Of a stretch of DNA of 64,000 bases, positions 1 to 9,773 are shown one piece after another. The notes under the pieces were generated by a model, which was not told the origin of the DNA, did no database searches, and saw only the letters and a list, made by a program, of their open reading frames with translations. A program made the translations under genes and the position numbers. Position 1 is the stretch's first letter. Each line of letters begins with the position of its first letter. The stretch is from a virus. Its lineage: Duplodnaviria; Caudoviricetes. The DNA lies in the IMG/VR virus record IMGVR_UViG_3300032225_000686, one strand, 5' to 3'.

Positions 1-1160
1 CCTCCATGAGCGATTCGGGAACGATTGATGTGAACCGCCTGTGGTCCTACCGCGTGAGCGACGAGATCTTCCGTCAGTACGCAAATGTGAAGAATGGTCA
101 GAGCCACGGCATTCAAGTGTTCGTGGACTTCAGCGGCTCCATGAGTGGCATCCTGTACGAGACCATGAGTCAGATGGTTTCCCTCGCTGCCTTCTGCCGC
201 CGAATGAACATCCCCTTCGATGTCTACGCCTTCACCGATGGTCTGCCGACGCAATGGCTGACCGATGTGGATGGCGAGACCCTGCGGACAATGGGTTCGG
301 ATGGCTACAATAAGGAAATGAGTCCTTGGATTCAGACCGAGAAGACTATGAGAATGAGTCACACTCACTTCCGTCTGGTTCATCTGCTGACGAGTGGTCT
401 GTCGGAGCGAAACTTCCGCATGGCCGTGGGTGGTATGCTCGCCATCGTTTCCCGTGCCGTGGCGGATAGCGATTGGGGTAGCGGCAAGGCCAATCGTAGT
501 GCGGCTCAACTGTTCCGCCTGAATGGAACCCCGACCAATCAGGCAACGCTCGCCGCGATGACCATCATCCCCGAGTTCCGTAAGAAGAACAATCTGCAAA
601 TCGTCCACGCGGTCTTCCTGACCGATGGAGAGAGTGGTGACCGCTTCTCTGGTCCGACCAAGTACGAGAACATTTACGGTCGCAGCACCGTTGATGTCTA
701 CGGTTACGAACTGCGCGATAGCGTGACGGGTAACACCGAGAAGGCGATGAATTCCTACTGCGCGACGAGTCAGAACCGTGCGCTGAATCACCTGCTCGCC
801 AAGCGTATCCCCGGCTGCAATGTGATCGGCATCTCCCTCTGCCCGACCCGCGAGTTCCGAACCAAGATGTCTGACGGTCTCGCCAAGCGGAAGAATCGCT
901 ACGGCTTCGATGTCGAGATGGAAGCCGCAAAGGTGAAGGGCTTCTGCGAGGCTGAGGACTGCTACGGTTACACCAAGTGGTTTGGAATGAACGCTCCCCA
1001 CCTTGATTCGAATGACTACTTCATGGGCATCACCGACGATGCACCGAAGGCAGTACTGACCAAGGCATTCGCCAAGACGATCAAGCAGGGTACGATGAAC
1101 CGTCTGCTCCTGAGCCGCTTCGTGGACCTGATCGCTAATCACGGCGCGAAGAAGAATTGA
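1..1160 (+). CDS. VWA/MIDAS-domain (CobT-like) protein of T4-like phages, probably 5'-truncated by the window
   Basis: MIDAS motifs VDFSGSM, NGTP, FLTDGE; higher GC3 than downstream genes. Confidence 0.75.
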   Translation, partial: SMSDSGTIDVNRLWSYRVSDEIFRQYANVKNGQSHGIQVFVDFSGSMSGILYETMSQMVSLAAFCRRMNIPFDVYAFTDGLPTQWLTDVDGETLRTMGSDGYNKEMSPWIQTEKTMRMSHTHFRLVHLLTSGLSERNFRMAVGGMLAIVSRAVADSDWGSGKANRSAAQLFRLNGTPTNQATLAAMTIIPEFRKKNNLQIVHAVFLTDGESGDRFSGPTKYENIYGRSTVDVYGYELRDSVTGNTEKAMNSYCATSQNRALNHLLAKRIPGCNVIGISLCPTREFRTKMSDGLAKRKNRYGFDVEMEAAKVKGFCEAEDCYGYTKWFGMNAPHLDSNDYFMGITDDAPKAVLTKAFAKTIKQGTMNRLLLSRFVDLIANHGAKKN

Positions 1161-1183
1161 ATTTTCAAAAAGGAGAAAGACCA

Positions 1184-1570
1184 ATGTATCGCATGACCGT
1201 AATCACCGAACCGCAGAACGCAAGCCAAGAAAAACTTCCGCCTATCCCTCTTCATAAGGCATGGCTCTACCACACCGATACCAATACATGGCTACTGCAT
1301 CTAGAGGGACAGTTCACTGGTGTGGGCGTATCCGCTGTCCGAGCCAACGCTGGAGTTTCTCTGTACGATCTCTACGGACACTTCCGCCCTGTAGAAATTC
1401 AAATCACCTGCACCAACAAGGATGAGTTTTTGAAACTTCGTGGTTCTCACAAGGTCTCACAGATCATGTTGGGTGACCCTGAAGATGGTGGAGTGGATCA
1501 TATCAGCGTGTCTATGACCAACATCACTAACGACAAGTGGACTGATGTAGCGAAGTGGAGCCGCGACTGA
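1184..1570 (+). CDS. hypothetical protein
   Basis: ORF with AGGAG RBS before ATG 1184, followed by terminator. Confidence 0.6.
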   Translation: MYRMTVITEPQNASQEKLPPIPLHKAWLYHTDTNTWLLHLEGQFTGVGVSAVRANAGVSLYDLYGHFRPVEIQITCTNKDEFLKLRGSHKVSQIMLGDPEDGGVDHISVSMTNITNDKWTDVAKWSRD

Positions 1571-1593
1571 ACTAACGAGCGTTTGAGGGTCTG

Positions 1594-1627
1594 ACCCCTG
1601 TAGGTGTAAAAGCCTACGGGGGTTTTT
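1594..1627 (+). terminator. Rho-independent terminator
   Basis: ACCCCTGTAGG-tgtaaaag-CCTACGGGGGT then T-run. Confidence 0.85.
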
Positions 1628-1987
1628 GTTTATTGGGATTAGACTGGGTTAACTGGTGGCTGGACCAGCCGGTGGCTATGCGGTCTCGCCCGATTCAACT
1701 TTAAAACTAAACTTCGGGAATGTGGGGGCGTGGGAGCGGGAACAACAAAATGCGATCTGCGAAAAAATTCAAGGTATGGGTTGACTTCCCCAGAAAACGA
1801 CCCCCCTGTTTTAGTTTTGCGAGCGGCGGGTTCCCATCCAAGCAAGGGCCGAGTGCCGAGAAAATTATGGAGTCCGCAGGTTCGCCCAAATAAAGACCCC
1901 CCCCCCTTTAATCCACCTCGTTGATTTCAGTTGCCCCGAAATGCCTTTTACCCCCGAGGTAAAAATCTTCCAAAAACAGGTCTGATC

Positions 1988-1994
1988 CTAAATA
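1988..1994 (+). promoter_or_regulatory. T4-like late promoter (C/A)TAAATA; other copies at about 2763, 10499, 12852, 13719, 14807, 18572, 20124, 20700, 24663, 24920, 26071, 28659, 29774, 47737, 48636, 53171, 53767, 58187, 59278, 60421, 61091
   Basis: TAAATA recurs just upstream of gene starts and matches the gp55-dependent TATAAATA consensus. Confidence 0.8.
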
Positions 1995-1999
1995 TCATC

Positions 2000-2302
2000 A
2001 TGCCAAAACAAACACAGCAAAACGATCCCTCCAACTATCCCTTCAAAGGTCGTTTCCCTTTCAGTACAGAACTAGAATATGAATTGTCCCCCTTTGCTCG
2101 TAACTTTGCATGTTTTACAAATTGCTATAGCGAGTTCACCAAAACAAATCCAGAACCATCAGTAGGTTGTACTGAAAGTAGCGGTAAGATAAAGAACCCA
2201 CTTCCCCAAGAGTGTGCTCAATGGGATGGGAAGAGAAGACTACACATCAGCAAGTGTAGAGACCTTTGCTCATTCTATGGAACACCTACGGGTAATCAGT
2301 AA
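2000..2302 (+). CDS. Cys-rich hypothetical late protein
   Basis: ATG 5 nt after late promoter. Confidence 0.55.
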   Translation: MPKQTQQNDPSNYPFKGRFPFSTELEYELSPFARNFACFTNCYSEFTKTNPEPSVGCTESSGKIKNPLPQECAQWDGKRRLHISKCRDLCSFYGTPTGNQ

Positions 2303-2331
2303 AACTAAAGGAATCCTTGGAGGGAGTTGTT

Positions 2332-2766
2332 ATGGCAAAACAATCTCAAATCAATACCGGTGTTGTTAGTAAATCATTCCCCTCATCAAGCGGGTTGCCT
2401 ACTGACCCGAATGGGTTCATCTCTTCTAACTGTGCCTTGAGCGTTGGTGGGTCTTGTTCTCAATGCAGCAACTACTTGTCCTGTATGTCCCCAAAGGTTA
2501 GAGAGTACATCAACAGTTTTCCTTTGTCGGTAAGTAGTGGTCAACCCGTACTAGCAATAGGAGATTTAAAAAACTTTGTCATCGCTCATTGTAGAGACTG
2601 CTATGACATATGCCGTTCCTATCCCTGCTCCTCTATCCCCACCACGAACACATCAACCCTGACCGATTCTCCTAGTTTTTCCAACAACCCAAATTCAGGT
2701 TATGTCTTAGATGCAACACGGCTAATGTACGGATTGGTTTCTAGATTTGGAAAGTTGAAAACCTAA
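2332..2766 (+). CDS. Cys/Ser-rich hypothetical protein
   Basis: GGAG RBS; CxxC clusters. Confidence 0.55.
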   Translation: MAKQSQINTGVVSKSFPSSSGLPTDPNGFISSNCALSVGGSCSQCSNYLSCMSPKVREYINSFPLSVSSGQPVLAIGDLKNFVIAHCRDCYDICRSYPCSSIPTTNTSTLTDSPSFSNNPNSGYVLDATRLMYGLVSRFGKLKT

Positions 2767-2776
2767 ATATCTAACC

Positions 2777-3166
2777 ATGAAGTCCTTTCGCCAACACATC
2801 TCTGAAATGTTTGTGACTTGGGAGGAACTAGGCCGCCTTGAGCGAGTCCTTGATTCCATGTTTGCTCAGGTTGGATTGGACATCGGATTCACCAAGCACT
2901 TTTGGGAACGCATCAATGGTAGTCGAATGTATGGCGGAACGGTCAGCATCATGGACATCAAAGACGCATTTCAAAAAACCTTTCAACGCTATGCCAAGCA
3001 AATAGCAGCAAAGCCAGTTGATTGGAAGGCAGTCATCAACGATGTAACCAAAGGTCTCAACATGCCTTTCACTCTCTCATGGGACAGAGTAGGCAAGCGT
3101 ATGGTGATGTTGACTGCCATGAAGAAGCATGACTTCAAGACTCCAGACCCCAAACTCAAGGTGTAA
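2777..3166 (+). CDS. putative internal head protein (CTS-like N-terminus), possible RelE/BECR-like fold
   Basis: MKSFRQHISE; FTKHFWER motif; late promoter. Confidence 0.6.
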   Translation: MKSFRQHISEMFVTWEELGRLERVLDSMFAQVGLDIGFTKHFWERINGSRMYGGTVSIMDIKDAFQKTFQRYAKQIAAKPVDWKAVINDVTKGLNMPFTLSWDRVGKRMVMLTAMKKHDFKTPDPKLKV

Positions 3167-3171
3167 AAAAA

Positions 3172-3897
3172 ATGGCGAAACAGATTCAATTCTCGGGATT
3201 GTCGATGATACCTCCAACAGCCGTGGAGTGCACAGAAGATGCGGGCGGTATTGGCACGGATGTTGTGTATTCTATGGTGGGAGACAAAAGAGTAACACAG
3301 ACTACTCAAGCAAAGAAGCCTTGCCCACCACCAATATTTCCCCCAAAAGGAATGACCCAACAAGATTGGGAAAGATTCAAGAAGGGTCTATGTTGGGCAG
3401 AGAGTGATCCGGATTGCCCGTGTTGTGATAATAAGGTTGGTACTGCTAATGATGTTGGAAGATATCAATTCACCCCTCTTGCCGTTTACGACATCTACAA
3501 GTACTACTGCGAAGATTGTAAAACTGATAGATGCAAACAAGGTTGTGCAGAACTAAAGGCTATATGCCCCGATGTAAAAAAAGATTCCTCTTGTGCAAGT
3601 AAGCAGGATGTAGCAGATAAACTTCTTGAACTATGGTCTGGTGGTAGATGGTATCCTGATATAGAAAGAAAACAGGGCGAAAGTGATTGGCAATACTACC
3701 ACAGGATTCTAGGGATTTTCCATTGTGGTAAACCGTCTAAACTTTCCTGTGCAGAGTATGGTCCGCTGCCTCCTCTCACAACTCCCGGACAGAACTACTT
3801 TATAAAGTTCTGGTGTGAATATAAGAGGAACGGGGGAACAGGACCAGATCCTACGGGTTGGAATCAGGATTGGTGCAAGCCCAAAGGCAACAAGTAA
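3172..3897 (+). CDS. Cys-rich protein with lysozyme-like segment
   Basis: AES...DVGRYQF resembles lysozyme-superfamily motif; many Cys. Confidence 0.45.
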   Translation: MAKQIQFSGLSMIPPTAVECTEDAGGIGTDVVYSMVGDKRVTQTTQAKKPCPPPIFPPKGMTQQDWERFKKGLCWAESDPDCPCCDNKVGTANDVGRYQFTPLAVYDIYKYYCEDCKTDRCKQGCAELKAICPDVKKDSSCASKQDVADKLLELWSGGRWYPDIERKQGESDWQYYHRILGIFHCGKPSKLSCAEYGPLPPLTTPGQNYFIKFWCEYKRNGGTGPDPTGWNQDWCKPKGNK

Positions 3898-3921
3898 TCG
3901 GAGAATTTATAGGGGTCATCC

Positions 3922-4206
3922 ATGAAAACCTACCGTGAACTATCCGAGTCTCTTCGTGAATCAACTCTTGCCGACAACGGTAGAGTTCAGGTTCACTATG
4001 ATTCAACCAACGGCAAGGGGCAACCAATGACGGTGATAGCAACCGTTCCCCCTGTGCAAGAGCCAGAGATAAATAACAAGTATGATATGATTCGCTATGT
4101 AGAAAAGTACATCAAGTCCATGAAGTCCAAAGGCATCATCAAGGGCAACTACGAGGTAGTCTTCCCTGACAGTCCGAAATGGTACAAATGGGGAGGTCAA
4201 AAATGA
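3922..4206 (+). CDS. putative internal head protein
   Basis: MKTYRELSESLRE resembles T4 IP CTS MKTYQEFIAE. Confidence 0.6.
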   Translation: MKTYRELSESLRESTLADNGRVQVHYDSTNGKGQPMTVIATVPPVQEPEINNKYDMIRYVEKYIKSMKSKGIIKGNYEVVFPDSPKWYKWGGQK

Positions 4207-5045
4207 AGAACTATTTTGAATTCATGCAGCAACTCAACGAGGTCGCTAAGGGCGGAACAGTCCCTTGGGCAGGCAAGACACGCGGTCCTTACGATAAGGC
4301 TAAGGGCGGTAGAGACATGTTGGCAGGTATTGAAGCCGACGCTAGACTCTATGCTCAACGCATGAAGGAGATGCAACCCATCTTCGCAGCGATTGATGAC
4401 TACAAGGCAGGCAAGCCTATTGAGCCAACCATGATGAAGCAGATTGAACCTTACATCAAGCAGTTGGGCATTCAGCGTGGCACTCCAATAGCCGGTCTTG
4501 CTGCAAAGCCCGTAGTTGCTAGCCGTCCTCCATTCAACTGGGATAGAAGTGGAGCAGGTTGGTGGCATCCGACCAAGCAATGGTTCCGCTTCTCCCATGA
4601 TGGTGCAAACTACCATGTGACACAGGTCTACAAGACTCCTGAGAAGTTTGGCATCACACACAACGAGGTTAGAGCAGTCATCAAAGAGTATCTACAGAAG
4701 AACCGTGACTATGCATACACCGACAAGATAAACAGCAAGAGGATGACATTAGAACAAGCCGTGATTGGTCTAGGAGAGGACATCCGCAACGGTTATAGAG
4801 ACATCTTCAGACCACTTCAGAAGTATGTCTACAATCGTGGATGGCTCAAGATCTATGGTGGGCATGACTGCTACATGGAAGGAACCATGCAGTCCTCATA
4901 CAAGGCGGCGATGCGTGAGATCATCAAGGCTTACGGTAACAAGACAGAGTACAATGTTGAGATTGCAAACTATGGTCCTCATGATGAGTACCCAGATAGT
5001 AAGAACTACAACAGGCAGTCTTCCCGCGAGCAGTTCGCTTCATAA
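4203..5045 (+). CDS. putative internal head protein
   Basis: MKNYFEFMQQLNE; GGAGG RBS. Confidence 0.6.
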   Translation: MKNYFEFMQQLNEVAKGGTVPWAGKTRGPYDKAKGGRDMLAGIEADARLYAQRMKEMQPIFAAIDDYKAGKPIEPTMMKQIEPYIKQLGIQRGTPIAGLAAKPVVASRPPFNWDRSGAGWWHPTKQWFRFSHDGANYHVTQVYKTPEKFGITHNEVRAVIKEYLQKNRDYAYTDKINSKRMTLEQAVIGLGEDIRNGYRDIFRPLQKYVYNRGWLKIYGGHDCYMEGTMQSSYKAAMREIIKAYGNKTEYNVEIANYGPHDEYPDSKNYNRQSSREQFAS

Positions 5046-5051
5046 TGATAC

Positions 5052-6557
5052 ATGGTAAGGTTCAAGTCATTCATTTCTGAGTCCAAAGGTGTTCAGCCCA
5101 GTCGTGTTACGGCGGGGGAGATCATCTTCACGGACAGGCAGAACAATGTGTGGCTTGCAACCGAGTGGCACTACTTCAAGCGGTTTCTAGACCCCAACAG
5201 CAAGAACGAGAACCCCGAGTATCTGCGGGCGGCGCAGATGGCTAGCACCCTTGTCGGTGGTCAGAAGACGAACCCCAAGGGCATCGTCGTTATCAAGTTG
5301 ACCAACGACAACAACGCTAGCGTAACTCTCATTCGCTATACCACTACACCCGAAGCCCCAAGCAAGATCGGCAACGAGGAGTTCTCGCTGGCGGGCTATG
5401 AGCGTAGGACCAAGATGGGAGGTCAACTGTCTAGACTATCATCTAGTGATTTCCTCTTGGGTCATACTAAGGTTGAACCACTTCGCGTTTCAGACAACAA
5501 CATCCAACACTACATCTTCTATAATGCCAACAGTCTCCGCGACACAATCATTCGCAACATGCAGTCAAGCAAGTTCAATGTGCTGCGTGAGCCATCGGTG
5601 ATCCAAGCAACAAAGGAGTTCTTGGATGGTGGAGCAAGACACTTTGATTGGTCCAAGGTTGGTCAGTTAATGAACCAACAGGACCGTATCAAGTTTGGCA
5701 TCTACCTCGCATCAGAGTTAGGCTATGCCTTTTGGATTCTCGCAGGTCACAGCATCGGCAAGTTCCCCGGCATGTCCACCATCAAGTTCTTCGCCGTACC
5801 AAGGGACAACACCAACACATCTTATGATTCCTACCTTCGTGGTGTACTCAAGGGTGGTTCGGGTATCGCAAACCTCATGGTGTCCTCCAAGACGATTGCA
5901 GGCAAGAAGGGTGGAGCAAGGTCAACGATCCTCCCTGCTCTCAACGGCATGGCAAAGAGCATGACTGACTACAACACACTCAACAATAAGTTCTTGGTTG
6001 CTATGCTTCCATACTTCAAGGAGAGTGCAACGGGTGGCAGAACAATCTACCCGTTCATGATTGAGAAGGTGCTTGGACTCAAGGGAGCAATCCCTGATCC
6101 TGTTGTGTTTTGGAACCGCATCTGCAAGTTGCACGGCAAGCGTAAGGGCAACCTATCAGAAGCAGAGATGGCAGAACTAGAGAAGCAAGTTGTCGCGGTG
6201 CAGAAGAAAGTTGCATCGGGTGTCATGCTGTTGGGTATCAACAAGACAGCACCACTCAATCACAACGCTGCTCGCTTTCCATCTCCTCCACAATGGAAAG
6301 ATTTCTCTCGCTACATCTCCGACATCTTCTGTGATGCCATCTGCTTCGGTCTAAACTTTGATGGTGCATCAGACATGAGACCAACAATCTCATGGCAGAT
6401 TGATATGGATATCCGAGAGTTCTCCCGCACGGGCATGGTGAACTACCTCATGAAGGAAGTCTCGCAAGAGATGAGGGGAATGTACATTGACGGCGGTAAG
6501 CAATCCGCAGGCGATCCTTCACGCAACATCACATGGCTTGGGGCAAGACCACTATGA
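5052..6557 (+). CDS. putative internal head protein, possible PD-(D/E)xK-like nuclease fold
   Basis: MVRFKSFISE; YDSYL...MVSSK. Confidence 0.5.
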   Translation: MVRFKSFISESKGVQPSRVTAGEIIFTDRQNNVWLATEWHYFKRFLDPNSKNENPEYLRAAQMASTLVGGQKTNPKGIVVIKLTNDNNASVTLIRYTTTPEAPSKIGNEEFSLAGYERRTKMGGQLSRLSSSDFLLGHTKVEPLRVSDNNIQHYIFYNANSLRDTIIRNMQSSKFNVLREPSVIQATKEFLDGGARHFDWSKVGQLMNQQDRIKFGIYLASELGYAFWILAGHSIGKFPGMSTIKFFAVPRDNTNTSYDSYLRGVLKGGSGIANLMVSSKTIAGKKGGARSTILPALNGMAKSMTDYNTLNNKFLVAMLPYFKESATGGRTIYPFMIEKVLGLKGAIPDPVVFWNRICKLHGKRKGNLSEAEMAELEKQVVAVQKKVASGVMLLGINKTAPLNHNAARFPSPPQWKDFSRYISDIFCDAICFGLNFDGASDMRPTISWQIDMDIREFSRTGMVNYLMKEVSQEMRGMYIDGGKQSAGDPSRNITWLGARPL

Positions 6558-7531
6558 AATCCTTTTCACAGCACATGAGTGAGAAGTTAGATCCTCGTTT
6601 GAAAGCGACGGGTTCAACCGTGAGTGCTAAAGGTATGTCACTTTGTGAGTTGCTAGCAGGCGATGAGATAGAGTTCATCAAACATTACAACGCTCTAGTT
6701 AAATCTGGGTTAAACGATATAATGCCTACCACAAAGATAAACCCGAGAGCAGGAAACTTCATAAAAGCATTGGGACAATGGTATGACCAAGCAGGAGGAA
6801 ACAAAGATTGGTTCCTTCCTATCTTGCAGGAAGCAGCAAAGTGTCCCAACAGAGCAGCATGGACCTATTACTCAGGCAAGGTGTATCGTGGGGTTCTCAA
6901 GAGTTTAGAGAGTGTCAACTTGGTTTTGGAAGACAAGTTGGTAAACGATCCAGTAGGTTCAGGGTTAGGACCGTTCTTGGTAGGAACAGCAACCTACAAT
7001 AGCATCTATCCAATGCAGTCATGGTCTGCAAGAGCAGATGTGACATACGAGTTTGCTAACACAAACTACACCAAAAGGTTCATGGCATTGAAAGGCAGAA
7101 AGCAAAAGTATCCGATGATATTTGAAGCCGAACCGCCCAAGGAACAAACCTTCCTCAACGACAATACTTCAAACTTTATTGGGAGATCTACAGAGCACGA
7201 AGTTCTTCGTATCAGCAACACACCATTAAAGTGCAAGGTGTACATATGGTATGACTCTTTTGAGAAAATGTTTTGGAATGGTTTTGTACAAACCAAAGAA
7301 GCAGAAGACCTAGCGAAGGTTATGGCAAGAGAGTTGAACAAGAAAGATCCGAAGAAGACCAAGAACGATAAGACCAAGAAGATGCTGAAGAATATCCTTT
7401 CCAAGACATTAGGTTTGGGAGATAAGGGTGCAGAGTTACTTGTGGAAGCAAAGAATAAAAGGTTCTTATACAACATCACTCGCAAGATGACCTTTGCTTA
7501 TCCTGACTTATTGAAAGGCTACCCTGTATGA
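6554..7531 (+). CDS. capsid-targeted ADP-ribosyltransferase-like protein (paralog A)
   Basis: MKSFSQHMSE; YRG / QSWS / EHE (R-S-E triad). Confidence 0.6.
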   Translation: MKSFSQHMSEKLDPRLKATGSTVSAKGMSLCELLAGDEIEFIKHYNALVKSGLNDIMPTTKINPRAGNFIKALGQWYDQAGGNKDWFLPILQEAAKCPNRAAWTYYSGKVYRGVLKSLESVNLVLEDKLVNDPVGSGLGPFLVGTATYNSIYPMQSWSARADVTYEFANTNYTKRFMALKGRKQKYPMIFEAEPPKEQTFLNDNTSNFIGRSTEHEVLRISNTPLKCKVYIWYDSFEKMFWNGFVQTKEAEDLAKVMARELNKKDPKKTKNDKTKKMLKNILSKTLGLGDKGAELLVEAKNKRFLYNITRKMTFAYPDLLKGYPV

Positions 7532-8454
7532 AACGATTCACCGACTACATCAACGAAGCCCGTAAAGGCAAGAACGAAGACGAGCCTTGTGTTATTCCAA
7601 CCATCTGTGAGTTGTTGTCTCACAAATCACCAATCGCGTTCAAAAAAATTTATAACCGCAGACCTAGTTTGATTTATGGGTTTGATCCTGATGGAGCAGC
7701 AGAGACAAAGTGGGAGCAGGATTGTATTAGGAAGAATCGAAAGACCATAAACGACAACGAAGAATATGTTGAAGCGGTTCATTCTTGGCTTGAGAGTGTG
7801 CATGGAGCAAAGGGTGGCTTTATGAACAGAATCCTTGCTATGGGTAAATGCCCCAACAAAGGTCCGTGGGCCTGTTGGCAAGGTACTGCATACCGTGGTC
7901 TGGGGAAGAGAAAAGAGTGGGTTCAAAAACTCAACTTCACCGGAGAGGTAATAACTAAACAAGGACGGAGACAAAATGAACAATGGCTAGTAGCACAGGG
8001 GGAGTACAAAAGCCTATACCCCGCACAGTCTTGGACAAGTGATTGGAATACTGCTCTTAGTTTCTTGTTGAGTAATGAGAATGTATACTCCGATATGAAA
8101 TTAGGAGTCATAGTTGAGATGAAGTTGACTAGGGACAACACACTCTTCAGCCCAGACTTCATGAATGATATGGTCAAGGGGTATCGTGAGAGTGAGATCA
8201 TACGAATAGGAAATGAACCAACGAAGTGTCGGATGTACATTCGCACAAAAGAGTTGCACGACACTCTAAATATGAAGATACAGTATCCTGAAAAATTGAG
8301 AACGGGCGGTTCAGAAAAACAGCAGGAAGAATACTACATCAATCAATGGCACAAGAAGTTGGCGGTCTTTATTGGAGAGAAGAACGCAAAGAAATTGATG
8401 AGCAGCGCACAGTACTTGAAGATTGTCAAGAACTTTAGAAAGACAGACTACTGA
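7528..8454 (+). CDS. capsid-targeted ADP-ribosyltransferase-like protein (paralog B)
   Basis: MKRFTDYINE; YRG / QSWT / ESE; aligns with upstream ORF (CELL, KCPN, W..YRG, YP.QSW, E.E..RI.N.P.KC..YI). Confidence 0.6.
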   Translation: MKRFTDYINEARKGKNEDEPCVIPTICELLSHKSPIAFKKIYNRRPSLIYGFDPDGAAETKWEQDCIRKNRKTINDNEEYVEAVHSWLESVHGAKGGFMNRILAMGKCPNKGPWACWQGTAYRGLGKRKEWVQKLNFTGEVITKQGRRQNEQWLVAQGEYKSLYPAQSWTSDWNTALSFLLSNENVYSDMKLGVIVEMKLTRDNTLFSPDFMNDMVKGYRESEIIRIGNEPTKCRMYIRTKELHDTLNMKIQYPEKLRTGGSEKQQEEYYINQWHKKLAVFIGEKNAKKLMSSAQYLKIVKNFRKTDY

Positions 8455-9284
8455 TGAAACGCTTCACATCATACATCCCAGAACTATTCAGCAGTCCAAC
8501 AAATCCAAACACATGGAGTAGGGTTGTTGTAAGAACAAACGACTCTGCCAACTACAAGTTCACTATGGCTTGGCTTGCTGATGGATATGCTTTGGCTCCA
8601 AAGTGCTGCAAAGAACTTCTCGCCTTCTATGAGAAGAACGACATCATGATTGACCTTAAGTGGAGCACGGGAGTAGGAAAAATGTATACCTACCTCAAGG
8701 GAAGCAAGGTTCGTTCAGATGATCCTACTTCTCTTGACGGTATGTCTTACTTGGTAGGATTTACCCGACTCTCGGCTATGGGTGCTGACTACTCCGGTCT
8801 CTTCTCATTAATCAATCCTGATATACCACCAATATCTAAATCCGTGGTTTGGGACAACACTTATGAGTTGTGGTTCTCCGCAGACAACGCTAGGGTTGGT
8901 TTCCCAAACGGCAAGTCAAAAACATTTCCTGCAAACGATCTTGGGTGGGTATGCTCTAGTGAGGACTGCTTGAAAGGAGTAGATGATGACTTGGGTATAA
9001 TGAGTGGGTCATCTGCCATCTCTGTATTCAATACTCTTCTTGCGATCATTGAAGACTTCATCAAAGTAAAACGACCATCGGCTATCATCATCGGATCGAA
9101 GTTGGGAGCAAAGTCGGCTAGACCTGCGGTATACAAGCGTATTGCCAAGATGGCTGCTCAGAAGTTAGGTGGAACCGTGTATGATCTAGATCAGTACAGA
9201 ACACCACAGGCTAGACCCGGATTGATGCACGGGGTTCTTGTCACTTTCAATGTATCAAAAGACTTCTTCGTAATGCCAAAATAA
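8454..9284 (+). CDS. putative internal head protein
   Basis: MKRFTSYIPE. Confidence 0.55.
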   Translation: MKRFTSYIPELFSSPTNPNTWSRVVVRTNDSANYKFTMAWLADGYALAPKCCKELLAFYEKNDIMIDLKWSTGVGKMYTYLKGSKVRSDDPTSLDGMSYLVGFTRLSAMGADYSGLFSLINPDIPPISKSVVWDNTYELWFSADNARVGFPNGKSKTFPANDLGWVCSSEDCLKGVDDDLGIMSGSSAISVFNTLLAIIEDFIKVKRPSAIIIGSKLGAKSARPAVYKRIAKMAAQKLGGTVYDLDQYRTPQARPGLMHGVLVTFNVSKDFFVMPK

Positions 9285-9303
9285 AATCAAATAGGGGGAT
9301 CAC

Positions 9304-9702
9304 ATGTACGAGTACTCAATATCAGAGGTAATAAAGGTAGTAGACGGAGACACACTAGAGGTTGTCTTTGATGTCGGCTTCAGTATGTTCTGCAAGCAGC
9401 GTGTGCGTCTAGATGGAATAGACACACCCGAGTCATTCACATCAGATGCCAACGAGAAGAAGTTCGGTCTTGAGGCAAAGGAGTTCCTCAAGGAGTGGGT
9501 TAGCAAGCAGAAGAAACTTCGTGCCAAGACCACAAAGGATGACAAGTATGGTAGAATCCTTGCCCGCATCTACGGGGACAATCCCGATGTCTGCATCAAC
9601 GACGAGATGATAAACAAAGGTTACGCTTGGGTTTATGACGGGGGAACCAAACAGAAAGATTTCAACCACCTTCTAGAGCAGCGTAAAAAAGCAGCAGTAT
9701 AA
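9304..9702 (+). CDS. thermonuclease (SNase-like)
   Basis: VVDGDT, RVRLDGIDTPE, DKYGRILA. Confidence 0.9.
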   Translation: MYEYSISEVIKVVDGDTLEVVFDVGFSMFCKQRVRLDGIDTPESFTSDANEKKFGLEAKEFLKEWVSKQKKLRAKTTKDDKYGRILARIYGDNPDVCINDEMINKGYAWVYDGGTKQKDFNHLLEQRKKAAV

Positions 9703-9739
9703 GGTCCGAATAATCTTTGAAAAACCACTACCCACCCTC

Positions 9740-9767
9740 TTGACCGAGGGTGGGTTTGTGTTATAAT
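9740..9767 (+). promoter_or_regulatory. sigma70-type promoter embedded in an inverted repeat
   Basis: TTGACC-N16-TATAAT. Confidence 0.8.
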
Positions 9768-9773
9768 AGTGGT

